Source: Selaginella moellendorffii
Taxonomy: Eukaryota > Plantae > Lycopodiophyta
Assembly: GCF_000143415.4 (NCBI RefSeq)
Contig: NW_003314352.1
Coordinates: forward strand, 674,278 to 738,277
DNA length: 64,000 nt
Reading direction: 5' to 3'
Made by a program: the position numbers and the translations under genes. Below, in pieces: positions 34,072-47,100 of the stretch. The notes beneath the pieces are model-generated. The model was not told the origin of the DNA. It ran no database searches and worked only from the letters and a program-made list of their open reading frames with translations. How positions within the stretch are numbered: the first letter of the stretch is position 1; each line of letters starts with the position of its first letter.

Positions 34072-37000
34072 TGTTAGGGCATGGCCAGAGGGAATATTTT
34101 GGTCTTTAAAATATTCCTCATCTTCCTTGTATAAAACCCTTGCCTCACAAGGGTAGGGGGGAATTGCAAAGACCATTGAAGCATTTCTCGTGTTTGAGCG
34201 AGCGTTGGGGGAGGCACCCCTCCTTCCCTCAACAAATGGTGAATCCGACATGATGCATAGCACTTTCTAAAATGTCATTTCTCTCTTTTTCTTTTGGCCG
34301 CAAATTTTGGGAAGGAATTCCTTGTTTGTTGGTTTTGTTTTATCTTGGGTGTGTTGGATAGGTCTAGAGCTCCTCTTTCTAGCAAGGTATGGCGCTTATT
34401 AAGCCGTGCAGTATTTAAAGAGATACAACATTTTTTGGCTCAGTCGGATGAACATTTTGGGGTTTTCACTTTCTCGCTTGGATCCTCGGCCCAATTTCTT
34501 AAAGTAGTGCATTTGGGCTTGTAGATCTGGCCTAGATCTATGAGTAGTGGTGATTCTTGGTGCTATATTTGGCCAAATTGGCAGCATGCTAAAGGATTTT
34601 CTTCTCCGGCTAGATTGGGTCATCTTTGTAGCAGGAATTCGTGCTCCTCTGGGCTTTGTTTTGGCTGCCGTTTGTTTCTAGAGGTGCTCCTGGTCATAGG
34701 CTTTCCGAAAAGACTAACAGCGCCTCAGTATCAATCTACATCAGTGACATGCACATGTTTTTCCACAATATTGGCGTTCTGGGATACCTTTTCATGGATT
34801 TCAGGGAATATTAAGGTGGCTTCTTCCTAAATTCCTGTGATAGAGGGTAGACAGGGCTGAGCTCTTTCCATCGAGCCCACCAACAATCAAAATGGGGAAA
34901 GATCGAGACTAAAGGACTCATTTATCTCTTTTGGGCTAAACTTTGTTGGAGGTTCCTTGGGAACGAAGCAATCTTCAAGGAATAGGTAGGCGTAGGAACA
35001 AGAATAGGGGGAGCAAGAACAAGGGTTGGCATAGGAACAGGGACAGTAGGAATAGGCACAAGGATAGGAGTTGGTGTTGGAGCAGGCGCAGGAGTAGGAG
35101 TGAGAGCAAGTTATAGGTTGTGGGTCCTTGGTTACTAGTTACCGGTTACCGGTTACCAATTACTCCAGCGGCTACTCTGGCGGTTACCTTACGGGTCAAT
35201 GGTTATGTGTGCTTGAGGCCTACATCTCCTTCCATTTTGACCCTTATTTCTCTTTGTCACAAGCAGTTTGGGCAACTTTAAGCAACTTGAGCACTAGCCT
35301 ACAGTCTTCTTGCTCCTATCAACCCAGTTGCCTTGACAGGGCATTTGCAGTGTTCAGGGTATTTGATGCTGGTACAAACTCGACGAACGACAAATTGGCA
35401 CCCTTTTACCATACCTCAAGGCCCTAAGGTATGGAGTAAACACTCTAACATCCAAAGGCAGCTTAGGTACAACATTGCACCTTCTCAGACCAAGTCCTCT
35501 TCATCCTCGACAGATTCCAATGACTTAGATCTATGAGCTATGGCACAACCATCTTTAGCTTGACCTTAGCTCCATGTTCTATAGAGGGGGAGTGATCTAC
35601 CAACCTTCTTAGGTGTTGGAATAGTCTTTTTAACATCGCATATCAGTCGCTTTGATTACTACTGCACCACAAATATGATCGTCGATAATGATCGTATGTG
35701 CCATGACTTCTTGCAGTCTCTTGAAGGCAAAGCAGCAACTTGGGCAAATTCTCTCCTCCCAGAGGACCGGGCAGACTTCCAGACACTACTTGCTTCTTTC
35801 AGAGAATGCTTCGTTGAAAAAAAACCCACAAACCGGCTACTTGTCGACCTCTTTTCATTCCAACAGGGTGCTCACGAGTTTGTTCCTGATTACATCACTC
35901 AGTTTCGAGCATACTGGAAGCAGTTTTGGGATCGTAGAGTGGTCCAAGATGAGCAACAGAGGATCACAACATTCACAGCAGGTCTGCGTGGGAACTTGCA
36001 ATAGAAAGTTCTTAAGAAGAAATTCAGGTCTTGCCGCAAGGCATTTTCATTTGCCACGAAGCTGGAAAGAGAGCTAGTTGTCGACCTAAGGATTGCTAGA
36101 GTTGATTTTGACCAAGCCATCACCCCATTAGAGTCACCTTGTGTAGCTGTTCACCCGTCCACAACAAAGCTCGTTGCTATTGAACATACACCTCCGGCTA
36201 TTGAGAACTTTGCCAACGAGATGTGGCAGCTGAAGGAGATCATTCTTTAGCAACAATCACACCATGACAAACTGCTCCAGGAGCTAGTGGAGTCCAGGAA
36301 AGAGGCCACTACAACTCGGGAACGCAGATTTAACTCTTGTTGGTGCACTCACTGTGAGACGAATACACACAACACGTAGTGCTGCTTCAAGCTTCATCCA
36401 GAGCTTTGGCCTCCACCTTCTCAACATGTCCAACAACGTCCCTTTGCTGATAATTCCACATCATCTCGGGGTCCAGAGACATATCAGAAGCAGTTGGAGC
36501 GACAAGCAATTGAGGCAGCCCCTTTGTCGAGCAAAGGCAAGGCACCAGCCTCATCAGTCAACACAATTTTGGTAGCCGAGGAACTCTATAGGCAACAGCA
36601 GCAAACCGCAGCCACTTGACCCCAAGCGAAGAAGAAGGAAGCCGCTCAGCCTGCCATAGCTCCCTCGGCGCTGGTTGAGAGCAAATCTCTGTTGGCATCA
36701 AGCCCAGTGACACAAAGAGTGGCTTGTAAGCTCCCCTTCAAGTCACTACTCTCTTCTCCTCCTGAGATCTCACCAATAGCTATTCCTGTTCTGGAGTTGA
36801 TTCTTCAACAGTTGGTTGATACTCCCGTCACCTTTTCGCTCCGAGACATGTTGTGTCTGGTCCCGGGATTCGGCCAGCGTTTAGAGGAGTTTGCACGGTC
36901 AAGAACACCAGAGAGTACTCTCAAGAGGACTCCTCAAGAGGTGCACATTGTCGACATGACAAGATATGGTGGAGATCCTGGTCCATTTTTCATCCCGGTG

Positions 37001-40000
37001 CAGTTTGGTACTTCCTCTTGTAGGATGGATGCTTTGGTTGACTTTGGTTCTGGAAGCAACATTATCTCTTTCAAAGCTGCCCTTTCAGCACAGCTATAGA
37101 TCACCAAGTGCTCTTCCATCGTGCTCAAGACCTTTGCCAACCACACTATTCCTCCAACGGGCATTTGCTGTGGTGTCAAGGTCTTAGTGCAGGGTGTTAT
37201 TTCTAAGATAGATTTCCTTGTGGTTGACTACCAACGTCTTGGAACGTCCTCTTTGAAGGACCTTATCATCCTTGGCCGCTTATGGCAAGTCACAGCCCAT
37301 TGCACCATTGACAGCGTATAGGGCAAGATAGAAATTAGCGATGGAACCTATAGTGCCACCTTTCTCAACAACCACGGTAGAGCTCTTTCTCAGCAAGCCT
37401 AGCAGGCTCAGAATCAGATGGCCTCCACACCACATTTCCCTCCTAAGCTCACAGAGATTTTTCTTGAGTTGGCGGTGGAGTCGACCATCTATATGACGAA
37501 TGCTTTCTCCTGAAATGCGATTGACATGGTTGGAGGTGAGTCAGATAGCCCAAGACATCTCTCAGCTTCACTCTCTTTATTTGAGAGTAAGGCCGAGCCT
37601 CTAGCCACGCCCTCTTTATTTGATGGCGGGGCTTATAGAGTATGGGCTCCCATATCCAACTTTTTGGTGTGTTTATTGATAGAGGAAGGGCTCCTTGATT
37701 TGTTTCTTGCATGGGACCAACTCCCTCTTATGGAGCTTGACGACATGGTCACTCCAAACCAGGTCCATCTTGTGCAGGACACAGCCAAACTCAATCCTCC
37801 TCAGCAACTATCTGAGGTGTCACACAGCCAGCATCTTCCTACAAAAATCGCAGTAGCTGATGACTCCGAGTGTATTTTGTCATGCCATTTGTTGATGGAA
37901 GAAGACATCCAGACACACAACTGGCAAAAAGAATCAAACCAATTGGCGTGCTGCATGCGAGTTATAGCTCTTTAAGTTCAAAATTTCCTACCGTGGAGCC
38001 CCTGGTACTCCAACCACTAGAACGACAACTCCCTTTCGAAATTTACATCATAACGGGTACAGAGGCTTTTGGAGTATGCCTTTGCCAATGTTCACAGCCT
38101 GGAAAGCCACCACATGCAACATATTATGCCTCACATTCGTTCAAGGAGACCGAGAAGAAGTACGTGGATGCGGAAAAAAAGGCAGTGGCTGTTGTTTACA
38201 CCTTGGAGCGATTTCGTCACTTTCTCGCTGGAGCCTATATCCATTTCCAAGTCTATTTTAATATGCTAACCTTTCTTTTACAGCGACCGGTTCACAGTCC
38301 TCATACTTTATCTTGGATTGTGAGCATCCAAGAGTTCCAGCCAACTTTTCACATGCGGCGGAAGCGTGTGATGGATCCAAGTGAGTTCCTGGTTGCTAAA
38401 GCTACTTCCTTTGTGGTCCCAGCAGCATTACAGGACATTGTAGTGTACCTGGATTTAGGTCAGTTCCCAGCAGATTCCTCACCAGTACAACAAAAGGCAT
38501 TGGAGATCCGAGCACGGGGGTTTTGCCTTCTTGATGGACACCTTTACAGAAGGACTTCTCAGGAAGTTTTGTTGCGGTGTGTGGGTGAACACGAGGTCCC
38601 TGAGCTCCTTCGCGCTTTCCAATCTTGTGCGGGGCATTTATCGGGACAGGTCACAGCACAGCTCCTTTTGCGCCATGGCTACTTTTGGCCTCGGATTCAC
38701 CAGGACAGCTTGGCCTATGCAAAGGTATTGAGCAGCGCCAACAGTTCCAACCCCTGGAGCCATGTTCCATGTCTTCCTTTCCAGCTCATCACTTCTCCGA
38801 GTCCCTTTTTCCAGTGGGCACTTGACTTCGTCGGCCTGATCAACCCACTGAGCTTAAAAGGGCAGCAATACATCATCGTGGCAATGGACTATTTCACAAA
38901 ATGGGTTGAGGCCACCCCTCTGCAACAAGCAGATCAACAGTCTACAGCAAAGTTTGTCTATGAGTACATCATTTGCCAATTCAGAGTTCCCACTGTTTTG
39001 ATTTCCGATCGAGGCAGCAGCTTCCTTGGACAGGTGATGTAGCATCTTCTCCAGCAGCTACAGGTCAAGCACGGGAAGAGCAGCAGCTATTATCCTGAGT
39101 GTAATGGCCAAGCAGAGTCCAGCAACAAGATATTGAAGACAGTCATCTCAAAGCTTGTGGAGGATCACCCAAGGCGTTGGCACGAACACTTGGTTATGGC
39201 ATTGTGGGCCTTTCAGTCATCCTTCAAGACATCCATCTCTGCGACCCCAGTCTCCCTTGTCTATGGGACAGAGGCCGTGCTTCCAATGGAGATCCAAGTG
39301 CCATCACTCTCACTCTCACTTTGATACGTAGCAGGGATGCAGTTGAGCGATGAGGACAAGCTTCATGCACTTGACTTGGAGGTTCTTGCCTTGGAAGAAC
39401 AGTGACGATCCACGATTGAACATCTCCTTCGAGGCAAGCAGAAGATCAAGTCAGTCATTGATCACTAGTGGTCTGCTGAACCATTTGAGGATGGCGACCT
39501 TGTTCTACTCAAGGAATTTACGCCACCTTCGAAGTTCTCCCCTCGTTGGACCAGCCCCTACTTTGTCCAGCGACACATAACAGGTGGAGCATATATGATA
39601 TATGCTAGTTGATGCTGATGGAAGTGAGCTCCCACACGCTCACAACCACTCTCATCTCAAACGCTTCATCCGGTGAGGCGTTCCTCTTCTCTTCTTTTTC
39701 TTTTTCTTCCTTTCTTTCACTTTACTTTCATGGCTACTTTTCATACTTTCAGAGGGTGTTTCTCCATTGGACCATGGCCCATACCTTGGATTTCATGCTC
39801 AAGCTGCATTACCATTTGTATGGAGGTTCCTCGCTTGGCCCGGTCTATGTTCCAGGTTCTTTGGCCCTTCCCTTACCATCAATACACCCCACACATTCCT
39901 CTCACTCATTCCATATCATCTACACTCACAGTTCCATCACCAATCACTTCGAGCAGCATTGCTCACACTTATCTCTAGATGCCCGTCTTGCATCTTTCAT

Positions 40001-41235
40001 TCTTTCACCATCATTCACATTTCCATTTGTTACATTTACACCATACCACAAACACACATACGTGCACCAGCAGCAAAAGACACCACCTCATTTGGACGTG
40101 CTATTTCTGAGATACCCTTACGACCATTTACTAACAATGTGCTAGCTTTTCTGGAGCTAATTTCTTCCAACCAGGTGAACCTGTTCACTCAAGACACCTT
40201 GGTGGATCTTTAGGTGAGGCCACAGAAGCCGAAGCCACTTTCTTCTGCTCCAGCAGTCAGTGGACACATGCCACCTCTCTTTACCGGCAACCCAGCAACT
40301 ACGCCGTCCTTTTCAGCTGCTGTCTTCTTCAGTCCGACACATCAGACCATTGGCCTAACACTTTGAGAGATGGCCACCTTCTCGGCGCTCCACTATATCA
40401 CTCCACCATATCGGTGCTGGAGCAGGCGCAGGAGTAGGAGCGAGAGCAGGTGGTTACTGGTTACAGGTTACCGGTCCCCAGTTACTGGTTACCAGTTCCC
40501 AGTTACCAGTTACCAACTACTCCGAGAGGTCAGCGCTTACTCTACAGGCCAATGGTTATCAATGGCCACCTTTTCAGAGTGCCACCACCATCTCGGCGGT
40601 CCACCATATCACTCCATCTTTCATCATTTCCACACTTACCACCCTTGGGCAACGCATCCCCTCTTCTACCTCTCTTTCTTTCTCGATTTTGGCCAATCTT
40701 TGGAGCATACCGGAAGTCATTAAGAGGCTGCATTTGCATATTACACTTTCCTGAGCCGAAATCCAAGTACGGGTTAAGTTCTTTAAGTACTCATTCTTTT
40801 TCCCCTATTTTTCTCCTTTCTTTTCACACTTTTTCTGGACTTTTTCTTCAACTTTAGGGTCCAGTTTGACTATAGGGTTTCCCACCGGATTTTCCTCACT
40901 ATCTCCAAACTTCACACCTACCTCTTTTCTTTCTTTTCTACTTTGTTTTCCAGAGTTTCTACTATTTCACATAGTTACTATCACTTGGCATCAGTAGCAG
41001 AGGTACACTCTACACTCTTTGGAGGGTTCTCGCACATCTGGAGCCAGCGCGATCCAGTATGGTCGCATGTTAGGGCGTGGCCACCAAGAGAGAGAGGGAA
41101 TATTCTGGTCCTCAAAATATTCCCCATCTTCCTTGTATAAAACCCTTGCCTCACAAGGGGGCATTTGCGAAGAGCATTGAAGCATTTCTCGTGTTTGAGT
41201 AAGCATTGGGGGAGGCGCCCCTCCTTCCCCCAATA
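34072..41235 (+). mobile_element. Ty3/gypsy non-chromovirus LTR element lacking reverse transcriptase (gag-PR-degenerate RH-INT)
   Basis: LTRs 34072-34234 and 41068-41235, flanks ATGT/ATGT, PBS TGGTGAATCCGAC (tRNA-Trp-like). Gag FLQSLEGKAATWA; CTHC..H..C knuckle; ALVDFGSGSNII; YYASHSF..EKKY; GHLSG..GYFWP; WALDFVG; ISDRGSSF; GQAESSNK. Confidence 0.88.
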
Positions 41236-42625
41236 ATGTTGCGATATAATGAGTTAATATTGTAAAAGGAAATGCTCATTGTCAAAGAATGTTATCATTG
41301 AAATACCTAAACACTCTAAAATATCAGATAGTGATGTTTGGTATCATAAGGGTATTAGATGAGGCCCAAAGGACTAAATCTCTGGCAAATAATGGATAGG
41401 AGGTATTATTCAATATCTAACATTGTGGAGGTGGGAAAAGTATATTTATCAAAATTGAAAGTTAAAAGGATTTTGGCAAGGTTAGTGATAGGTATACAAA
41501 GACCTATGAGTAGCAATATTAATCTCAGTGTATAGGATTACAAGGTGAGTATATCTAGATTGAGGAACCACTCCCTAGACTATTGGGTAGATTATCCCAA
41601 AGAATATTTACTAAGGTATAGTAGAAAGTGTAAAGTTATCTTTCTAACATAGAGGAAAATAATCGAAGGGAGCGTGTAAAGCCAAGAGCAAGTAATAAAT
41701 GGATAGAATTGAACAATAGAAATTAAAAGCCATAGTTAAAGGTGGTTATATAAATTGTGAGTGGAGAATTAAATGGGTGCTTGGAGATGTTGTTACTAGC
41801 AATTGTGGTGCTATAGAAAGTTTAAAGTATGGAATTACCCATATTAGACTATACGGCAGTTACAAAGCTTGCAAAAGGAGAAGCCTTAACAAGCTAAGAG
41901 ACAAAATCCCTTTAATGTTCCCAAATATAATTTTAGGTAAGTTGGTACTTGAAAAATAAGTGTAAATGGTTTAAAGAAATGCATGAAATTGAAGTGGCAT
42001 AATAGAAGCATGGCCTTGAAGCTTGCCATGAGCTCTGATACTACATGAAAATTAGGGGAGTTGTGGTGAAGTTATACTGCAATTTTGTTGCAAGTGTGAG
42101 AGAGAATTTAGTGAAGAGCTAGCTACGACGATCTGCTGTTATGGTTATAAAGAGCCAAAGGGCTTTTGTTGACATTGATCTTGTGTTGGCACAGTAATTC
42201 TCGTCCTAGAACAAGCTACTGAACATATGAGGTAATTAAAAACTAACTCGAGACCTTTAATCCTTAATGTGAATGGCCGTGAGTAAAGATAGACTTAACA
42301 TCACTAGAATACTCTAAGTCTTGAGAAAATGGATATGCATTGGTGATAAGCTAGAATATAATAGAGATAGGGATAAAGGTCAAGTGCTAACTCTCCCCCA
42401 TAATTACTCTTACATGGTGGCAATTGCCACTTCTTCTTGAGTCTTGACTGTCAAGATTGTAACCTTGAGTGTCAAGGTTATAATCTTGACTGTCAAGAAA
42501 ATGCTCAAATGGATGGTTAATCTATTGTGCTTTACTCTCTTATAACTGAATGGAGCTTTGTCTTGAGGCTCCTACTGCTCCATTGTGTCAGTTGGCTTTG
42601 TTGGTGATGAATTTCTTGTGAGTTT

Positions 42626-42667
42626 GACCATTTCTCGATTTGTGTGTGTCATCCTTGCACAGAGGTC

Positions 42668-42699
<32 letters not shown>

Positions 42700-42719
42700 T
42701 TTAGTGTCTCCGAAGAGAC
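42626..42719 (-). ncRNA. U6: U6 snRNA retro-pseudogene, near full length
   Basis: GTCTCTTCGGAGAC 5' stem-loop, then ATAAAATTGGAACGATACAGAGAAGATTAGCATG..CAAGGATGACAC..AAATCGAGAAATGGTC. Flanked by a 19 bp direct repeat with 1 mismatch; no upstream USE/TATA. Confidence 0.92.
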
Positions 42720-43353
42720 GATTGCTTGTGAGTTTGACCTTGAACTTGTTGAGTTGTTAGTGGAACTCTTCGTTATCGTTGTTTTCCTCATTGTGCTCAC
42801 TTTCATTATTATCTTCCATTATTGTGGGCTGCTTTGCCTTCAGAATGCAAATCTCACTGTGGAGCTTTGCATTTTCTTTAGCAAGCTGGTTGTTGATGTG
42901 CTGTGTCTCTGCACATACTGTCCCCTGGAAGGACATACCTCTAGGGTTAGGGTTCTTGAATTCTTTATTTTTCTTTAGTTTCTTTTTTCTTTAGTCTTTA
43001 TCATGGTTATTTTTTCTTCAAGTTTGAATGGCTTCAAGTGTCCAAATTACTTATAGTCTTTCTTCGTCAAGTTTTTCTAGCATTACTAATCTTCTCTTGA
43101 TTGATTCTTCTTGATTGATTTTGTAGTGTATATTTGCAATGAAGGAACATTGTACTGGAGTGGTGTCAAGGCTTCTAAGCCATAGGCGAGCTTGAATAGC
43201 ATTGAATTTTTTCAAACCTTATATGCAATTCGATATGCCTATAGGGTGTTGTGGATGCAATCATCCCAATCTTTCTTATTTGTGTTTACGATTTTCTTGA
43301 GGATGTTCTTGAGTGTCTTATTTGTAGAAAAAGATACCCGATTCACCCCGTGC

Positions 43354-43453
43354 NNNNNNNNNNNNNNNNNNNNNNNNNNNNNNNNNNNNNNNNNNNNNNN
43401 NNNNNNNNNNNNNNNNNNNNNNNNNNNNNNNNNNNNNNNNNNNNNNNNNNNNN
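43354..43453. other. Assembly gap (100 N)
   Basis: Run of N inside the gypsy integrase region. Confidence 0.99.
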
Positions 43454-43901
43454 CGAGTCTAAGAGACTCAGGGGTTGTGAGTATCGTTCCTCTTCATTGG
43501 TTAAGCTTCAACTTATTTTATCATGTAGTTAGTCACTATGAGGATGTGTTTGTTCACTTGGAACTTGTTATAAATGGTCCAACGAAGTCAAGTGCCCATT
43601 GTTGAAATGGTTGCAGTGGTGTTGTTAGATGAAGCTCTTGAGTTTGTTTCTTTAGTGTGTACTTGGTTCATTGATAAATATCACATTCTTGACAAAATTT
43701 TACTAAGTTGTGCCAAAGTGTTGGCCACTAGAGTTCTGTTTGCCAAATCATGTGAGCTGTAATTTCTTATACAAAGTGGCCTTCTACTTGTCCACAATAG
43801 GCTTTTTCGAATGGATCTTGAGTTTCTTTAGGTTTTACATATCTTTGTAATACGTTGTCTTGTCCTTTCCTGTACAGTCTCTTACAACTGAATATGGTTT
43901 T

Positions 43902-44141
43902 TGTAAGCAACCAAAAGGAACGACTCGAAAGACAATCCATAGGGGTTCAAATATAGAGGGAAAGGGCCCATGAACAAGAGTGCACCCCTTTTTCCAATCA
44001 GTTAAGGGTCTTCGGATACTTAGGGTTAATCGTCCTTGGGTTTGAATAGTACTGGGCTGGTGACCTCCCGGGAAGTCCAAACTCAAGAGTCTACAGTTGG
44101 GCTAAGTGACCTCCTAGGAAGTCCAAATTCAAGAGTCTACA
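43902..44141 (+). mobile_element. Cassandra solo LTR (43902-44095) with a tandem duplication of its 3' ~46 bp
   Basis: TGTAAGCAACC..CTACA with the 5S-like block; the box-C-to-end segment is repeated at 44096-44141; TSD GTTTT. Confidence 0.9.
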
Positions 44142-47100
44142 GTTTTGTCCTCAAGACATGTCCATGTTATATTTTGGTTGTTTGCCAATTATAATGTGGC
44201 TAAGGTGGTCAGCTTGTTAATGTTGTTTACCGTGTTTGTGAATAATCTCAAAGTTATATTCTTGAAGTAGTAAGAACTATCAGACAATTCTACTGGTAAG
44301 GATAGTCTTGTTGAGGAGGTGTAGAAGTGCTTTGTGGTCAACTATAATCTTGACTTTAGTGCCGAGTAAGTAGTGTTGAAACTTTTGTAGTGTGTAGATC
44401 ATTCATAAGGCTTCTTTTTTGGTGGTGGTGTAGTTTGTCTCAGTTGAATTGAGTCTTTGGCTAGTGTAGTAGATTAGTCGATCTTTGAGGTCTTCTTGTT
44501 GTTGAGAAAGTAATGCTCCGATGGTGTAGTCAGAAGCGTCGACAAACTGGGACAAAGACTTCAACACACAAGTCGACGCCTCTGACTACACCATCGGAGC
44601 ATTATTGTCGATGCCTTCCAAGTATTGGAGCTCTTGCCAATGAATTCTTGAGCATGTCAAATGTTGAGAAGCTTTGTGAGGGGTTTTGCAATCTTCATGT
44701 AATCTTTGATGAAGCATTGATGGTATCCCATTTTGCCGAGGAAGGATCATAGTCTAGTGATGTTTGTTGGATGTTATATGTTGATGATGGCAAGTGTTTT
44801 GGCTTTACTGATGAGGATGCCCTCTTTGCAGATGATGTGTCCAAGTAGGATGTTGGATTTGATGAAGAAAGTAAATTTCTCGGGGTTTAAGGCGATGTTG
44901 TTCTTTCAACATTTGATGAAGCATTTCGATGTTGGAGATGTTGTTCTTTGCTACTAAAGACATTAAATTTATCCATAAAAACTTGCATGAAGTTGGTGAG
45001 GTAATCTCAAAATGTGTCAGTAATGATTCTCCAGAAAGTAAATAGTGCATTAGAAAGACCAAAAGGCATTCATAGATAAGCATAAATGCCCCAAGGACTA
45101 ATGAAGGCTGTCTTGTGCTATTCTTTGGGTGCAATATAAACTTAACTGTAGCCACTGAAGCTGTCAAGAAATGAGTACATTTCGTGTCTAGCTACTATAT
45201 CGAGAATTTAATCAAAGAATGAAATCGGGAAGGTGTCTTTTCAGGTTGCATCATTGAGCTTTTTGTAGTTGATGCAAACTCTGAGTGTTCCGCTTTTCTT
45301 GGGGACACTAAGAAGTGATGATAGCCATTCTGGGTTTTGAATTGGGTAGATGAAGTTGGCATTCTCAAGCTTGTCAAGTTCTTCTTTAACTTTCACTTGC
45401 ATGTTGGGGTTCACTCGATAGGCCATTTATTTTCTTGGTATAGTTTGAGAAAGAAACTTGATTTGGTGCATATAGATCTTAGGAGGAATTCCTTGCAAGT
45501 CTGTATATGACCAAACAAAAACATCTTTATACTTATTGAGAAGATTGATTACTTTTGTCTTGAAGTCAGGGTCAAAGTCTTTGGCAATATAAAACTTCTT
45601 TGGTTTGTATTCAGTTCCTAAGTCAATTTCTTCAGTTGACTCTTCAAAGTTGAGTGTTGATATGAGTCGAGTTCCTTCTTGTCAAAGTGCTAGGTCTTCT
45701 TCAAAATGGATTTGTTGATAAATCAATTAGAGTTGTTCAAGTTTGATTCTTGATTGATCTCATTGCTTTTTGATTTTAGTTGGTGTGTCAATGGGTGTTA
45801 AGTTTTCATGACTTGCAATCACATCCTCCTCAGTGGGTGAGTGATTGCCAATGATTGATCATTAGTTTGCAGCCACCAAGGCTAATTGACTTTGTTTTCT
45901 TGAGTATCATGGTGTGTTGTGCATTGTGTACTATTTTTCAAGATGACTCGGTTGAGATCAACTTTGATGAGAGGCTTTAACCCTAGATATGCCTTCAAGA
46001 TTTGTGCTTCTTTGTAGTTATTGAGACTTTCATTCCAATTGTACTATTCGATGATGGTTGGTTGAAATTTCTTTGCAATCTTCTTTGTTATAGTTGTGGA
46101 GATTCAAGAGGCTTCTTGATGCTCTCCAAACGTAATTGTGTTCTTTTACTAGTATGTGACTACGTCAATTGTATTGAGTTAAGTTCTTCTGAGGAGTACT
46201 TCGTAGGAACTCTGGTCTTTCACCATCTTGAGTATGATGGAAGTCACTTTAAATTCTTGATCCTTGATTTTGATGGGAATATTGCACACAATTCCTAATG
46301 GTTGTACACTTCAATCATTAGCCATCTTGACGTTGAAGGGTGTAGGGTGGATTGGCCTAAGTCCTATTGCTTTGTAGGTTGAATACTCGATGATATTGAC
46401 ATTTGCACCGCCGTCGATGATTGTTTATGGAACTTTATTATTTCCTATCGTGATTGAGATGCATGGTACATCTTTGTCGAAGTTGCTAAGTTGGATGTTA
46501 GTGTTGTAGGACGAAGAGTTGTTGGTCTTTTTCTTGACTTGAATTTTTTGGTGGCGATGCTTGATATATCTTGAGAAGTTTTTTTCTCAAGTAGAGAGCG
46601 ACTTGTAAAAGCTCTTAGAGGGTGAGTGTGATACCTTGTCGAAGAATGTTGGTGATGAGCTTTGGTTGTTCCTCTTTTCTTGACAACATTTGTGTTATGA
46701 TTTCCTGATCGTCTTCAATTTCAGGTTGTTGTTATTAAAGGTTTTGTTGGATTGTGTTGAGTATCTTTTTGTTTTGTTGTCATTTGTGTCTTAAGATTTC
46801 TTGTACTTCGTCTTGAAGGTGTTGTTCTTCAATTTCTTTATTGAGATCATCTTCAAGATTGTAGTGTTGTTTTTGACTTTGAGTTAAAGCTAGTACCTCA
46901 GGTTCATTTTGACAATGTTCATCTTGGACTAATTTGATATTGACATTTCTTGCTATTAGAGGAGGTTTTCGATTTTGTTGATTTTGCTGAGGAGGTTGAT
47001 TTCCTTGATTTTGTTGTTGCTGATACTGAAGTTGAAATTCTTAAGTCTAAGGTTATTGTTGATAGTTGTTGCCAGGGAATTCTCAAAGTGGTGGATCATA

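Noticed and set aside
42626-42719. Functional U6 gene
   Set aside because: No USE/TATA upstream, no T-run terminator, substitutions in the internal stem-loop region, and a flanking TSD.
43192-43605. ORFs spanning the N run
   Set aside because: Artefacts of the 100 N assembly gap.
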